The position numbers and the translations under genes are program-made. DNA of 64,000 nucleotides from Amphiscolops sp. MND2022 (taxonomy: Eukaryota): the NCBI GenBank assembly GCA_964187785.1, contig OZ076409.1:41604001-41668000 (forward strand), read 5' to 3'. The notes beneath the pieces are model-generated. The model was not told the DNA's origin. It saw only the letters and a list, made by a program, of their open reading frames with translations, and made no database searches. Shown one piece after another: positions 23,401 through 35,111 of this stretch; position 1 is the stretch's first letter, and every line of letters starts with the position of its first letter.

Positions 23401-26400
23401 CCCTTTATTTGAAGGTTTTTCACCAATTAGAATGGAAAGGTGTTTAATTTGAAACAACTAACTATTTCAAAATAGAGCCTGAGTAAGTTTCCCAAATATC
23501 ATTGTTTTTGCAACGATCCATTAGTGAATCAGTTAACAAAACTGGCTTTTTAACGACTTCTTCAAAACTGTTTTAGGGGATATCTCTTTTTATTAAATGC
23601 AAAAATAGGGACTGATATCGGCTAATAACACAACTCCGCATGGTTACAGTTTTTCATACTAGCAGCGATTTGTACTAAATATCAAAAACCACTTTAACCT
23701 TTTTAACAAAAAAAAACTAAAATTCGAAGTGACAACGACGAAGGACCAAAATATTTTTGATGAAAACAACACGTGACTGTTTCACTGTTTTCGAATTGTT
23801 GATGGTTCTTATTCGGGAGCAGATTTGATTGTAACTGCTTTTGACAACCTAATGCTATTTTGGAGGACGGTCCTTGCTCTTGGCTTCTTCAAATCAACAG
23901 GCGGCATTTCTTGGAATGGAAGTGGCTCGTAATTTTTAGTGTTTTAGTGATGCGAACACATGCTACGTATCAACTGGTGCTCAACACTAAATTATTTGCC
24001 GATCAGTTGTTGGAGAAGGCGTCTGACAAAGCCGTCAAACTGAGCTGCTTCAATGAGGAGAATACAGGAATGGCTCTCTACACTATCAAGGTTCATTTCA
24101 TCATCGCTCCACGAGTGTGAATTAGTTTTATAAAACATCTCAAAAATGAATTTTTTGGTTAAATATGCTTATTTCAAAGTTGCCTGATTACGGAAAAACC
24201 TGGAGCAAAAGTTACTCCTCTGATTTCTACCAAAATTACAGTGAAATATTTTGAAACCGAATGAAGATTTCAAATGACATCTCACATGGTGGTGACGGAG
24301 TATAACCGCACGATAATAATGCCGAAAAAATTTATAGCAGAACCGAAATAAATTTTTGGTTGTGATTGTCGCTCCATTCGATAGTGAGGTTTGAATGATG
24401 AAACTATTATGTAACTTTGTAACCTCTCAATTATGTAACTTTCTAACCGGTCGGATTAAATAAATACAAATTCTTTTATAATACCATTCGGTCACAATAT
24501 CGAGCGGCTAAAGTCATGACTACCTCACCGTGGTAATTTGAGGAATTTTGAAATGCTTCCATTTTTATTACGCAATAAATCAAAACCTCCAATGATCATT
24601 TTTTGAGTTTGAAATATATAATTCCGTTGAAACAAATTCTTACAATTTTGTAATTGGTGTCTCATTCCAAAAATTTTTGAGATTCGCTTGGTTAGACGTG
24701 ACTTTTGTGATTAACACAACATGTATGTTATAGTCTATACGATAGCCTGACGATTATATTCTAACCACATTTTATGAGCGAAGACCTTCGAACGTTAATG
24801 CGAACCGTGGGTGAGATGCAGTGAATTGTCGTGTATAAACTTTTTCGTGTATCGTGTATTTCGTGTATTTGCAAAAACCGTTACGTGTATTTGTGTATTT
24901 TAAAAAATCGTGTATTTTCGTGTATCTTCGTGTATTTTTTCTGAAAAATAAAACTTCGAAAGTTTGAATTTCAATTTACTCATTATAAAGAGCAATTTGA
25001 ACCAAAATTTCCAAGTTTTTTGGTGACATACGGTTTCTTCTATTTGCGCAACGGATGTTACATTGGGAAAATAGCCTTTTGACTGCTCCTGAGCTTGCAG
25101 AAATGGCTAAGACTTCCTGGATCAATTTTTTGAACAATACTGGCACATTTTTTGCGTCCCAAATGGAAATGGATCAACCGAAACGGGACCAGAGTTCAAA
25201 TATTGAGACATCAATGTCTTCCAATCGCTAGCGCGAGATGAACTCATAACGGCAAAATCCGATAATTTGCGTAATTTTGAATGTGTATGAGGCACGTCAA
25301 TAACATCAGGGGTATCTGTATTAGATTCTACATTTTGATCCAAAAACTGGAAAAACTGGATAAATAGTATCAAAGATCATAGAATAAAGACTGAATGGTA
25401 CCCAAAAAAGCACGGAAAAACTTACATTCGACAATAGTGATAGGCAAGGCTCGTTTCGCGCAAAGATCTTTTGCGATTGATTTCTCAACTGCAGATTGTT
25501 TTGAGTAAACAGGCTTATCTGTGGTAAGAGAATTTTCTGTTACTTTGATCGTGCCTTGTTTTGTAGGCCCAATGACATTTCTGGTTTGTTTCAGATGTAA
25601 ATCAGGTTCTTTCGGATGTAGCTGTTGATAGTGCTTTAATAAATTTCCCTTCGTATTTTTGCTATACTGACAGCTTTTTTTGCAAATTCGACAAATTGCC
25701 GGTTTACCTTTCGTAAATTGCTCAGGTATTATAAATAGAGAATCGTAATTTGCACGAGCCATTTATCTGAAAAAGAGATTAAGTTAATATTCATAGACCG
25801 TATAAGGTGTGAAAGGCTATGGCGTTAATATTAATGACGCGTGAATGCCGTTTAAATGAATTGCATCCTGCACAAATTTCAGCCAATGAAAATTCAGTTA
25901 TGTAATTCATACAATTCAGTTCATACGCTCAACTGCCACATTCACATGCTCAATTTAATTATCGTGTATATTTCAAAAAATCGTGTATCGTGTAGGTTCG
26001 TGTAATAAAGAAGCAAAAAATCGTGTATCGTGTACAATTCACTGGTGAGATTTGAAAGTTTTCATTATTTCTGCGATAGCATGAATAATATAGAATCCGT
26101 AAGGAGTTGTTTCAACCGAGTATCAGACGAATATGTTCGTTAACCGGGTACCTACTAAACAAGATGCAAACATTTTCTTCGGCAGTGCGTGCATATAAGC
26201 GTGAGATTTAAATTTCTCAAGCAGTCAACGACACTTAAGTAGCGATGAAGCGACTGAGTGTTAATTATGCATTCGTACACCGAATTAATTGAGATGATGC
26301 GAATGAGTGTTAATTATTCGTTCGCCGAGAGCCATTCAGAGTAATAATGGTTCGTCCACGGAATTCAGCGACATAAAAATTAGGTTCGTAGCATGAGTGT

Positions 26401-29400
26401 ATTTATGAAAGTTTTCGAACTTTTCGGAAAGACGTGCCTGAAAGGAAAGGTTTCCCGAAGAGCCAAAATTACAAAAAAGTTTTCAATTTTCGACAATTTT
26501 ATGCAAGTTTTGTTTAACTTGATTATGCAAACGAGTTCAGTGACCAAAATATTCAACCCTTCAGCATTCTTTTTCAATTGGAGAAGAAAAAGGCTTCGAA
26601 TGGACCAAACATTCGTATAACGTTTCCGTTGGCATAAATTTGTTGGCTAAAATCGAGCCCTCAAAAATATGTTGATGTAAAATAGTTCCGGGTAGAATTT
26701 ATCCCGGTGCTCAGCGGACATCTTGTGGATGCTTTTTGCGAGTAACTTTTTAGTCGGCGCAGTTTCGTTCTCTATCTGTCACTCTAGTGCCTTTCTTTAT
26801 AAATTTCAAAATTTTCACTAAATGGCTCCATGGCAAAGTAGTTTGAGCGTTGAATCTAAGGGACCCACATTCGAATCCCGTTCAGGGTCAAAAAAACTTC
26901 CCAATCGAACTATAGAAAATGCGTTTTCGGATAAAGCGTATGCAGTGATTTAATCTGGATAAAACGTCAAAAAGGTCTGAAAATCCGTTTGTTTTGCGTC
27001 TTCCCGGACGGAAATTGGGGGGTTCGAGTCTAGGCAACGCCGAAAATTTCATCTTTCAAATTGAATTAAGCTTTCTCCTAATCTCTAGAAGACATTTAAA
27101 GGCTCCTCATTAGGGTCAACTGATTATTTCATTTTTTCATGGAACTAAAAGACAAAAGGGTTGGTTTATGCTTCGGCATTGTTCGGCTTTTAGTGATTTT
27201 TTTCCAAAGGCTTGCCTCTTTGGTTTTCTTTTCTTTGGTTTCAAAATGTAAAACAAAAAGACTGAAACCCAAACCAGTGACCTGCAATTCTATATTTATT
27301 TTCAGGTTGACAGATTAGAATTTAAACTGGCACATTTTTTGCGTCCCAAATGGAAATGGATCAACCGAAACGGGACCAGAGTTCAAATATTGAGACATCA
27401 ATGTCTTCCAATCGCTAGCGCGAGATGAACTCATAACGGCAAAATCCGATAATTTGCGTAATTTTGAATGTGTATGAGGCACGTCAATAACATCAGGGGT
27501 ATCTGTATTAGATTCTACATTTTGATCCAAAAACTGGAAAAACTGGATAAATAGTATCAAAGATCATAGAATAAAGACTGAATGGTACCCAAAAAAGCAC
27601 GGAAAAACTTACATTCGACAATAGTGATAGGCAAGGCTCGTTTCGCGCAAAGATCTTTTGCGATTGATTTCTCAACTGCAGATTGTTTTGAGTAAACAGG
27701 CTTATCTGTGGTAAGAGAATTTTCTGTTACTTTGATCGTGCCTTGTTTTGTAGGCCCAATGACATTTCTGGTTTGTTTCAGATGTAAATCAGGTTCTTTC
27801 GGATGTAGCTGTTGATAGTGCTTTAATAAATTTCCCTTCGTATTTTTGCTATACTGACAGCTTTTTTTGCAAATTCGACAAATTGCCGGTTTACCTTTCG
27901 TAAATTGCTCAGGTATTATAAATAGAGAATCGTAATTTGCACGAGCCATTTATCTGAAAAAGAGATTAAGTTAATATTCATAGACCGTATAAGGTGTGAA
28001 AGGCTATGGCGTTAATATTAATGACGCGTGAATGCCGTTTAAATGAATTGCATCCTAGGTTCGTAGCATGAGTGTATTTATGAAAGTTTTCGAACTTTTC
28101 GGAAAGACGTGCCTGAAAGGAAAGGTTTCCCGAAGAGCCAAAATTACAAAAAAGTTTTCGATTTTCGACAATTTATGCAAGTTTTGTTTAACTTGATTAT
28201 GCAAACGAGTTCAGTGACCAAAATATTCAACCCTTCAGCATTCTTTTTCAATTGGAGAAGAAAAAAGCTTCGAATGGACCAAACATTCGTATAACGTTTC
28301 CGTTGGCATAAATTTGTTGGCTAAAATCGAGCCCTCAAAAATATGTTGATGTAAAATAGTTCCGGGTAGAATTTATCCCGGTGCTCAGCGGACATCTTGT
28401 CGATGCTTTTTGCGAGTAACTTTTTAGTCGGCGCAGTTTCGTTCTCTATCTGTCACTCTAGTGCCTTTCTTTATAAATTTCAAAATTTTCACTAAATGGC
28501 TCCATGGCAAAGTAGTTTGAGCGTTGAATCTAAGGGACCCACATTCGAATCCCGTTCAGGGTCAAAAAAACTTCCCAATCGAACTATAGAAAATGCGTTT
28601 TCGGATAAAGCGTATGCAGTGATTTAATCCGGATAAAACGTCAAAAAGGTCTGAAAATCCGTTTGTTTTGCGTCTTCCCGGACGGAAATTGGGGGGTTCG
28701 AGTCTAGGCAACGCCGAAAATTTCATCTTTCAAATTGAATTAAGCTTTCTCCTAATCTCTAGAAGACATTTAAAGGCTCCTCATTAGGGCCAACTGATTA
28801 TTTCAATTTTTCATGGAACTAAAAGACAAAAGGGTTGGTTTATGCTTCGGCATTGTTCGGCTTTTAGTGATTTTTTTCCAAAGGCTTGCCTCTTTGGTTT
28901 TCTTTTCTTTGGTTTCAAAATGTAAAACAAAAAGACTGAAACCCAAACCAGTGACCTGCAATTCTATATTTATTTTCAGGTTGACAGATTAGAATTTAAA
29001 CTGGCACATTTTTTGCGTCCCAAATGGAAATGGATCAACCGAAACGGGACCAGAGTTCAAATATTGAGACATCAATGTCTTCCAATCGCTAGCGCGAGAT
29101 GAACTCATAACGGCAAAATCCGATAATTTGCGTAATTTTGAATGTGTATGAGGCACGTCAATAACATCAGGGGTATCTGTATTAGATTCTACATTTTGAT
29201 CCAAAAACTGGAAAAACTGGATAAATAGTATCAAAGATCATAGAATAAAGACTGAATGGTACCCAAAAAAGCACGGAAAAACTTACATTCGACAATAGTG
29301 ATAGGCAAGGCTCGTTTCGCGCAAAGATCTTTTGCGATTGATTTCTCAACTGCAGATTGTTTTGAGTAAACAGGCTTATCTGTGGTAAGAGAATTTTCTG

Positions 29401-32400
29401 TTACTTTGATCGTGCCTTGTTTTGTAGGCCCAATGACATTTCTGGTTTGTTTCAGATGTAAATCAAGTCCTTTCGGATGTAGCTGTTGATAGCGCTTTAA
29501 TAATTTTCCCTTCGTATTTTTGCTATACTAACAGCTTTTTTTGCAAATTCGACAAATTGCCGGTTTACCTTTCGTAAATTGCTCAGGTATTATAAATAAA
29601 GAATTGCAATTTGCACGAGCCATTTATCTGAAAAAGAGATTAAGTTAATATTTATAGACCGTATAAGGTGTGAAAGGCTATGGCGTTAATATTAATGACG
29701 CGTGAATGCCGTTTAAATGAATTGCATCCTGCACAAATTTCAGCCAATGAAAATTCAGTTATGTAATTCATACAATTCAGTTCATACGCTCAACTGCCAC
29801 ATTCACATGCTCAATTTAATTATCGTGTATATTTCAAAAAATCGTGTACCGTGTAGGTTCGTGTAATAAAGAAGCAAAAAATCGTGTATCGTGTACAATT
29901 CACTGGTGAGATGTGAAAGTTTTCATTATTTCTGCGATAGCATGAATAATATAGAATCCGTAAGGAGTTGTTTCAACCGAGTATCAGACGAATATGTTCG
30001 TTAACCGGGTACCTACTAAACAAGATGCAAACATTTTCTTCGGCAGTGCGTGCATATAAGCGTGAGATTTAAATTTCTCAAGCAGTCAACGACACTTAAG
30101 GAGCGATGAAGCGACTGAGTGTTAATTATGCATTCGTACACCGAATTAATTGAGATGATGCGAATGAGTGTTAATTATTCGTTCGCCGAGAGCCATTCAG
30201 AGTAATAATGGTTCGTCCACGGAATTCAGCGACATAAAAATTAGGTTCGTAGCATGAGTGTATTTATGAAAGTTTTCGAACTTTTCGGAAAGACGTGCCT
30301 GAAAGGAAAGGTTTCCTGAAGAGCCAAAATTACAAAAAAGTTTTCGATTTTCGACAATTTTATGCAAGTTTTGTTTAACTTGATTATGCAAACAAGTTCA
30401 GCGACCAAAATATTCAACCCTTCAGCATTCTTTTTCAATTGGAGAAGAAAAAAGCTTCGAATGGACCAAACATTCGTATAACGTTTCCGTTGGCATAAAT
30501 TTGTTGGCTAAAATCGAGCCCTCAAAAATATGTTGATGTAAAATAGTTCCGGGTAGAAATTATCCCGGTGCTCAGCGGACATCTTGTCGATGCTTTTTGC
30601 GAGTAACTTTTTAGTCGGCGCAGTTTCGTTCTCTATCTGTCACTCTAGTGCCTTTCTTTATAAATTTCAAAATTTTCACTAAATGGCTCCATGGCAAAGT
30701 AGTTTGAGCGTTGAATCTAAGGGACCCACATTCGAATCCCGTTCAGGGTCAAAAAAAACTTCCCAATCGAACTATAGAAAATGCGTTTTCGGATAAAGCG
30801 TATGCAGTGATTTAATCCGGATAAAACGTCAAAAAGGTCTGAAAATCCGTTTGTTTTGCGTCTTCCCGGACGGAAATTGGGGGGTTCGAGTCTAGGCAAC
30901 GCCGAAAATTTCATCTTTCAAATTGAATTAAGCTTTCTCCTAATCTCTAGAAGACATTTAAAGGCTCCTCATTAGGGCCAACTGATTATTTCAATTTTTC
31001 ATGGAACTAAAAGACGAAAGGGTTGGTTTATGCTTCGGCATTGTTCGGCTTTTAGTGATTTTTTTCCAAAGGCTTGCCTCTTTGGTTTTCTTTTCTTTGG
31101 TTTCAAAATGTAAAACAAAAAGACTGAAACCCAAACCAGTGACCTGCAATTCTATATTTATTTTCAGGTTGACAGATTAGAATTTAAACTTTGTTCACTT
31201 TTAGGGAATCAAGAGCTTTATTTTTGAGTCATGAAAAGCAGTTAATTCGAACAGATTTCCAGTCAAAATGCATGAACACGATTCTAATTGAAATTAACTT
31301 CCTCTTATGGAAAAAGATTTCACTGTTAACCTGGACACAGTTTGTAGAAAAAAACTGGTTTTTTGATAATTTCAGTTGGGAAAGGCTTTTTGCGTCCCTT
31401 TTGTAAATTTTTGGGAGATTTTTTTTCATAAAAACAACCTTTTAGCATAATTCAAAGACGGCGGCTTTTGAGCCTTTAGCTGGGCGCCGACTTAAGACGT
31501 CCCCGTCTTGTTTTTAAGTTAGAATTGAACTATTCGCGTGATTTGCCTGCCTTTTTAAATTATTTACAAGTGTTACTCTAACCTTTGAATAAATGAGAGA
31601 TGACGTTTTAACGTGAATTTGATTTCCAGATGTAAAAATGCTACATTTACTTCAGTTTTTAGAGATATTCAATTGTTTAAATTCCTTTTCTAAAATGTTG
31701 CGATCTCCAATGTGAATCAAAAAGGTCCTTTCGAGTTATTTGATGTGCTTAAAAAGTTGAATTGCCCTTTATCGCGAAGCTCTCACGCTTTCATGACTGC
31801 GCAAGTTTAATATTTTTCCCGTCCGATGAATTTGAGGATCATCTTTTCTTTTGTGACTTGAAGTTCGTAGTGACGCCAAAATTTAATGGATTGTTTTTTA
31901 AAGCAAATTTCGGTTTACCATTTTTTCTTTGAATTTTGTTCAAACAGTAGCCTTTTCCAAAACCCTTCTATCTAAAAATGTTCTAAAAAAGATTAGCTAC
32001 TGGCATGACTTGGGACAAAAATTTCCTACTTCAAGAAATTTTCATGTTTTGAACATATTGAAAAAATCTTAGCCATTTGTTAGAATCAATGCATTAAATT
32101 TGGCGGTAACGGACTTAATGACGTTTCAGGGATCTGCTGCGGACATCGATGCCTTGTTTGTTCATCTGAAGGAAAGAATTGACAGATTGAAGCAAAAGTC
32201 TACTCAGGAAAATGAGCCGAGCAGTGACGAGGACCAAACACGGTTGGAAAACAAAAAACAACCAGAAAGAAGTGCGACTGTGGACGAAAAGAAAGAGGAA
32301 CCGCAAACCAATTCATCAACCAACTTGGGTACAGACGAAACTTCCAGTGGCGCTGATAGTTACTACAGATCAACGACCCCCTCGGGCCATTCTCTAGATG

Positions 32401-32456
32401 AGAACAGTAGGAATACTTCCCCTCCATTGTCTAGTAGTGAGGAAACCAATTTTTGA
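17445..32456 (+). CDS. RANBP3: Ran-binding protein 3-like (RanBD/PH fold, FxFG motif, NLS); start codon uncertain
   Basis: Inferred exons 17445-17718, 18867-19024, 19181-19242, 22126-22660, 23048-23183, 23948-24090, 32130-32456. Motifs: NLS-like PAAKKTK, FMFGQNLQDRV, RanBD TGEENEITVLQ-IQARLFQYD..WRERGRGVLRLN..RILMRT..LVLNTKLF..EKASDKAVKLS. The first three exons are less certain; a possible ATG-only exon ends at 17217. Confidence 0.85.
17779..18525. mobile_element. Non-autonomous Tc1/mariner-like element in RanBP3 intron
   Basis: TA|CAGTAG..AAGTTTACGCACAGC and GTTGTGAGTAAACTT..CTACTG|TA imperfect TIRs. Confidence 0.55.
18588..18739. mobile_element. pogo/Tc1-type MITE
   Basis: TA|CAGTTGAATCCG ... 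CGGAGTTGACTG|TA. Confidence 0.6.
19610..21563 (+). mobile_element. Array of three Helentron/DINE-1-like family A units
   Basis: 5' ends at 19610/19667/19722 and 20319; 3' ends GCGCCGACTT..GACGTTCCCGTCTTGTT at ~20316, ~20854 and ~21563. Confidence 0.8.
22740..22857. repeat. MITE-like inverted repeat
   Basis: Perfect 29-bp IR GAATTGAACTAAGGATTCTTTTCTAGCAA (22740-22768 / 22829-22857). Confidence 0.7.
24819..26044 (-). mobile_element. Internally deleted hAT DNA transposon
   Basis: 11-bp TIR CAGTGAATTGT/ACAATTCACTG; 8-bp TSD GTGAGATG / GTGAGATT (exact GTGAGATG after the copy ending ~29905); subterminal TCGTGTA repeats; BED finger ORF and hAT C-terminal remnant VLAISASSGAVKRLFS (~25070-25120). 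Confidence 0.9.
25139..31190. repeat. Tandem triplication (periods ~2187, ~1674, ~2188 bp) inside the last RanBP3 intron
   Basis: Near-identical units start at 25139, 27326 and 29000 with ACT junction microhomology; unit 2 lacks the equivalent of ~25870-26381. Confidence 0.9.
25370..25762 (-). pseudogene. hAT transposase N-terminal fragment with BED zinc finger
   Basis: AICRICKK..NTKGNLLKHYQQLHP, then ALPITIVECKFFRAFL. Identical ORF at 27557-27949; frameshifted copy at ~29231-29623. Confidence 0.8.
30607..31515 (+). mobile_element. Family A Helentron-like element with distinct interior (5' part duplicated at 26746 and 28421)
   Basis: TTTTTAGTCGGCGC ... GGCGCCGACTTAAGACGTCCCCGTCTTGTT. Confidence 0.65.
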
Positions 32457-33269
32457 GAGTAGCGAGAAGCGAATCGTTGTTGAATCTTTTGATGTACCAG
32501 CAGTCGGAGTTTGTTTATCATCCCTGAAGTTGTTCTTGTTAAGTTGCTACCATGTTTGTGACACCGACTGTATGATGTAGAAGTTACTGTTTTCTTTGTA
32601 GAAGATGGTCAGTTGAATTGATAATGCATCTGATGGAATACTCTTGTCTTTTATTGCTCAAGAAGGTTGTGTATTTATTATTTCTGCTTTAGCAGGAATA
32701 TTATTGAAATCTCAAAATGTCTACTTTTTTCAGTACAATTCTTGGCACGATTCTGTTCGGCAGTGTCTATAAGCGTAAGAATTAAATTTCTCAAGCTGCC
32801 GACGACAATTCAATTCTTGTGCGATGGAACGAGCGAGTGGTAATTATGCATTCGTAAGCTGACGTCATTGAGATGAAGCTAGCGAATGTTCGTAATTGTG
32901 CTTTCGTTGCGCCGAGTTATTGAGATGAAGCAAATGAGTGTTAATTATACTTTCGCGGAGAGTTTCGCCTGCATTCAAATAGATATTTGCTTTAGTCCGA
33001 GATTTAGTACTATTACTACTAAAAGACTGAATTGATTCTGTTATACGGTACACATACCGAACCGATCCTTTCGGTTGACACTGTCAATCACAAAACTTTG
33101 GATCATTCTCATCATAGACATTTATTTATACATATGCTTACATATTGGTAAACAACATACACTATGGTACCAAAAAGCTAAGTACAGCTGAATTTTTTGA
33201 ATTTTTTTCAAGTCAAAAAAAAACATTTGTGAACAATTTCAATCAGTTACCGGAAGTTGTGCTTCGAAA

Positions 33270-34803
33270 ATGGTTAAACCGCTTGATTCATTTTTGGTTT
33301 GCAAAATTGTTACTCTTCGCGAGATTGGGTTATCTTACAATCAAATCAAAGAGAAATTGGGTTTGAAGTCACGATCAACAGCACAGTCAGCTTACAAGCG
33401 CTTTTTGAAAACCAGTTCTTATTCTCCAAAAAAACCACCAGGAAGACCGGAAAAACTTAGCAAAAAAGACAAAAGATTAATTATAAGAAGCGTCAAAAAC
33501 GATCCCAAAACTACATTACAAAGAATCAGGGTAAAGTATAATTCTTTTGCAACCTCAAAAAGTGTCTCAAGATCTACAATTCGGCGAGTTCTGAAGAAGT
33601 ATGGGCTAGTTTCTAGAGTGGCGGCTAAAAAATTTCAGCTCAATAAAAAACAACGAACAACGAGGAAAAAATGGTGCTTGCGAATGTCCAAGAAGCCGCT
33701 CGGTTTTTTGTCCAGCCTTGCACTCACTGAAAAAAGTACATAGTAAAAAATTTTCAATTTTGGGAAGGAAAATCTTTCACTCGTATTCAGGTTTTTTTCC
33801 ATCAAATTTGCTAACTGGAGTCGGCGAGCAACAGGCGCTGTAGCGTAGTGGTTAATTCCAATGGGTGGCATCCCGAAGACACGGGTTCGATTCCGCGTAC
33901 GGCCCAAATATTTTACGATCGTCAAACATACACAGAGTCCGCAAATAGACGAAAATTTTCAGCAAAAAAATCGGAAATTTTCAAAAAAAATCTCAAAGTT
34001 TCGGAATTTTCCTAATTTTTTTATCGCAACACCAAACGGCCCCTCCTACAAACTTTTCGGCACTGTGAGACAATTTTTTCTCAACACCAAAGGGTCTCCC
34101 TTCGAAATTTTTCGGCACTGTGAGACAAAAAAATCAAAAATTTAGAAAAAAAATCGCAGATTTTTGTAGTACTCTACTTTTGCTATTCTTTTTCTCATGA
34201 AGTTTTACATAATAATCTTGGCTGGATGGAAAAGGATTCTGGGAAAATGTGGTTTTCACTGATGAAACTCGTGTGCGTCTGAACAGTGACGGTATTGTAA
34301 GAGTTTTCCGAGAAAAAGGATCGCGTTTCCACTCAAAAAATATTCAAGGGCAGAACACTGATAAACGCTCGCTTATGTTCTGGGGAGCTATTCGATCGGA
34401 TGGCAGGAAGATGCTAATTAGATGCCCGGCAACACTCAATAGCAGCGGCTATGTCGAAATTCTTGAAAAGTATGACAGAAATTTGCACCTACCGGACATT
34501 GTTTTCCAGCACGATAATGCCCCAATTCACAGAAGCAGAGAGGTTTCCAACTATCTAAGTGAAAAGAAGTGGGATGTGCTCGAATGGCCTCCGTATAGTC
34601 CTGATTTGAACCCCATGGAAAATATTTGGGCTATACTGAAGAAATCCCTGCAAGGACAAACTCTAACGTGGGAAAGTTTGGAAGAAACAGTGATTGATAT
34701 TTGGAACAATATCAGTCCCGAAATTATCCGAAATATGTACGCATCTTATGAGAGTCGCCTCGTAAAAACTATAAAAAACGATGGAAATATGATTGGTTAT
34801 TAG
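33270..34803 (+). CDS. Tc1 transposase, two segments 33270-33702 + 34235-34803 (333 aa when joined)
   Basis: HTH, PGRP hinge, VFTDE, FWGAI, FQHDNAP, WPPYSPDLNPME with 34 residues between the second D and E. Removing the GT..AG segment 33703-34234 gives ..KKPLG|FWENVVFTDE in frame. Confidence 0.9.
33834..33906 (+). ncRNA. tRNA-like sequence inside the Tc1 intervening segment
   Basis: A box TAGCGTAGTGG (33841), B box GGTTCGATTCC (33884); imperfect stems. Confidence 0.55.
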
Positions 34804-35111
34804 TGTGTTTGTCTCCTAATTTGATTATATTTTTTTCTGTTTAAATTTCAAATTTTCCTCTCAGTTTTTAAAAATTCAACAGGTGTACGTAGCTTTCTGG
34901 TACCATAGTGTATGTTACTTTGCCTTATATCGAAATTGCATCAGTTAGATACTTTTCGTAGCTAGAGAATAGATCGTTTCACTGACAGTATTTATGTTCT
35001 GGAAAGATACTTTTAAATAAACTTCTTTGTTTTCTTATTCAACCAAGAATATAGAACATGACGCAGTCAGCAAATTGAAATTACCAAGAATATTTCAACA
35101 AAACAAAGAAA

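Larger units (their letters stand above)
33160..34910 (+). mobile_element. Tc1 (DD34E) transposon nested in the Gypsy 5' LTR
   Basis: TA|CACTATGGTACCAAAAAGCTAAGTACAGCTG ... CAGGTGTACGTAGCTTTCTGGTACCATAGTG|TA. Confidence 0.95.
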
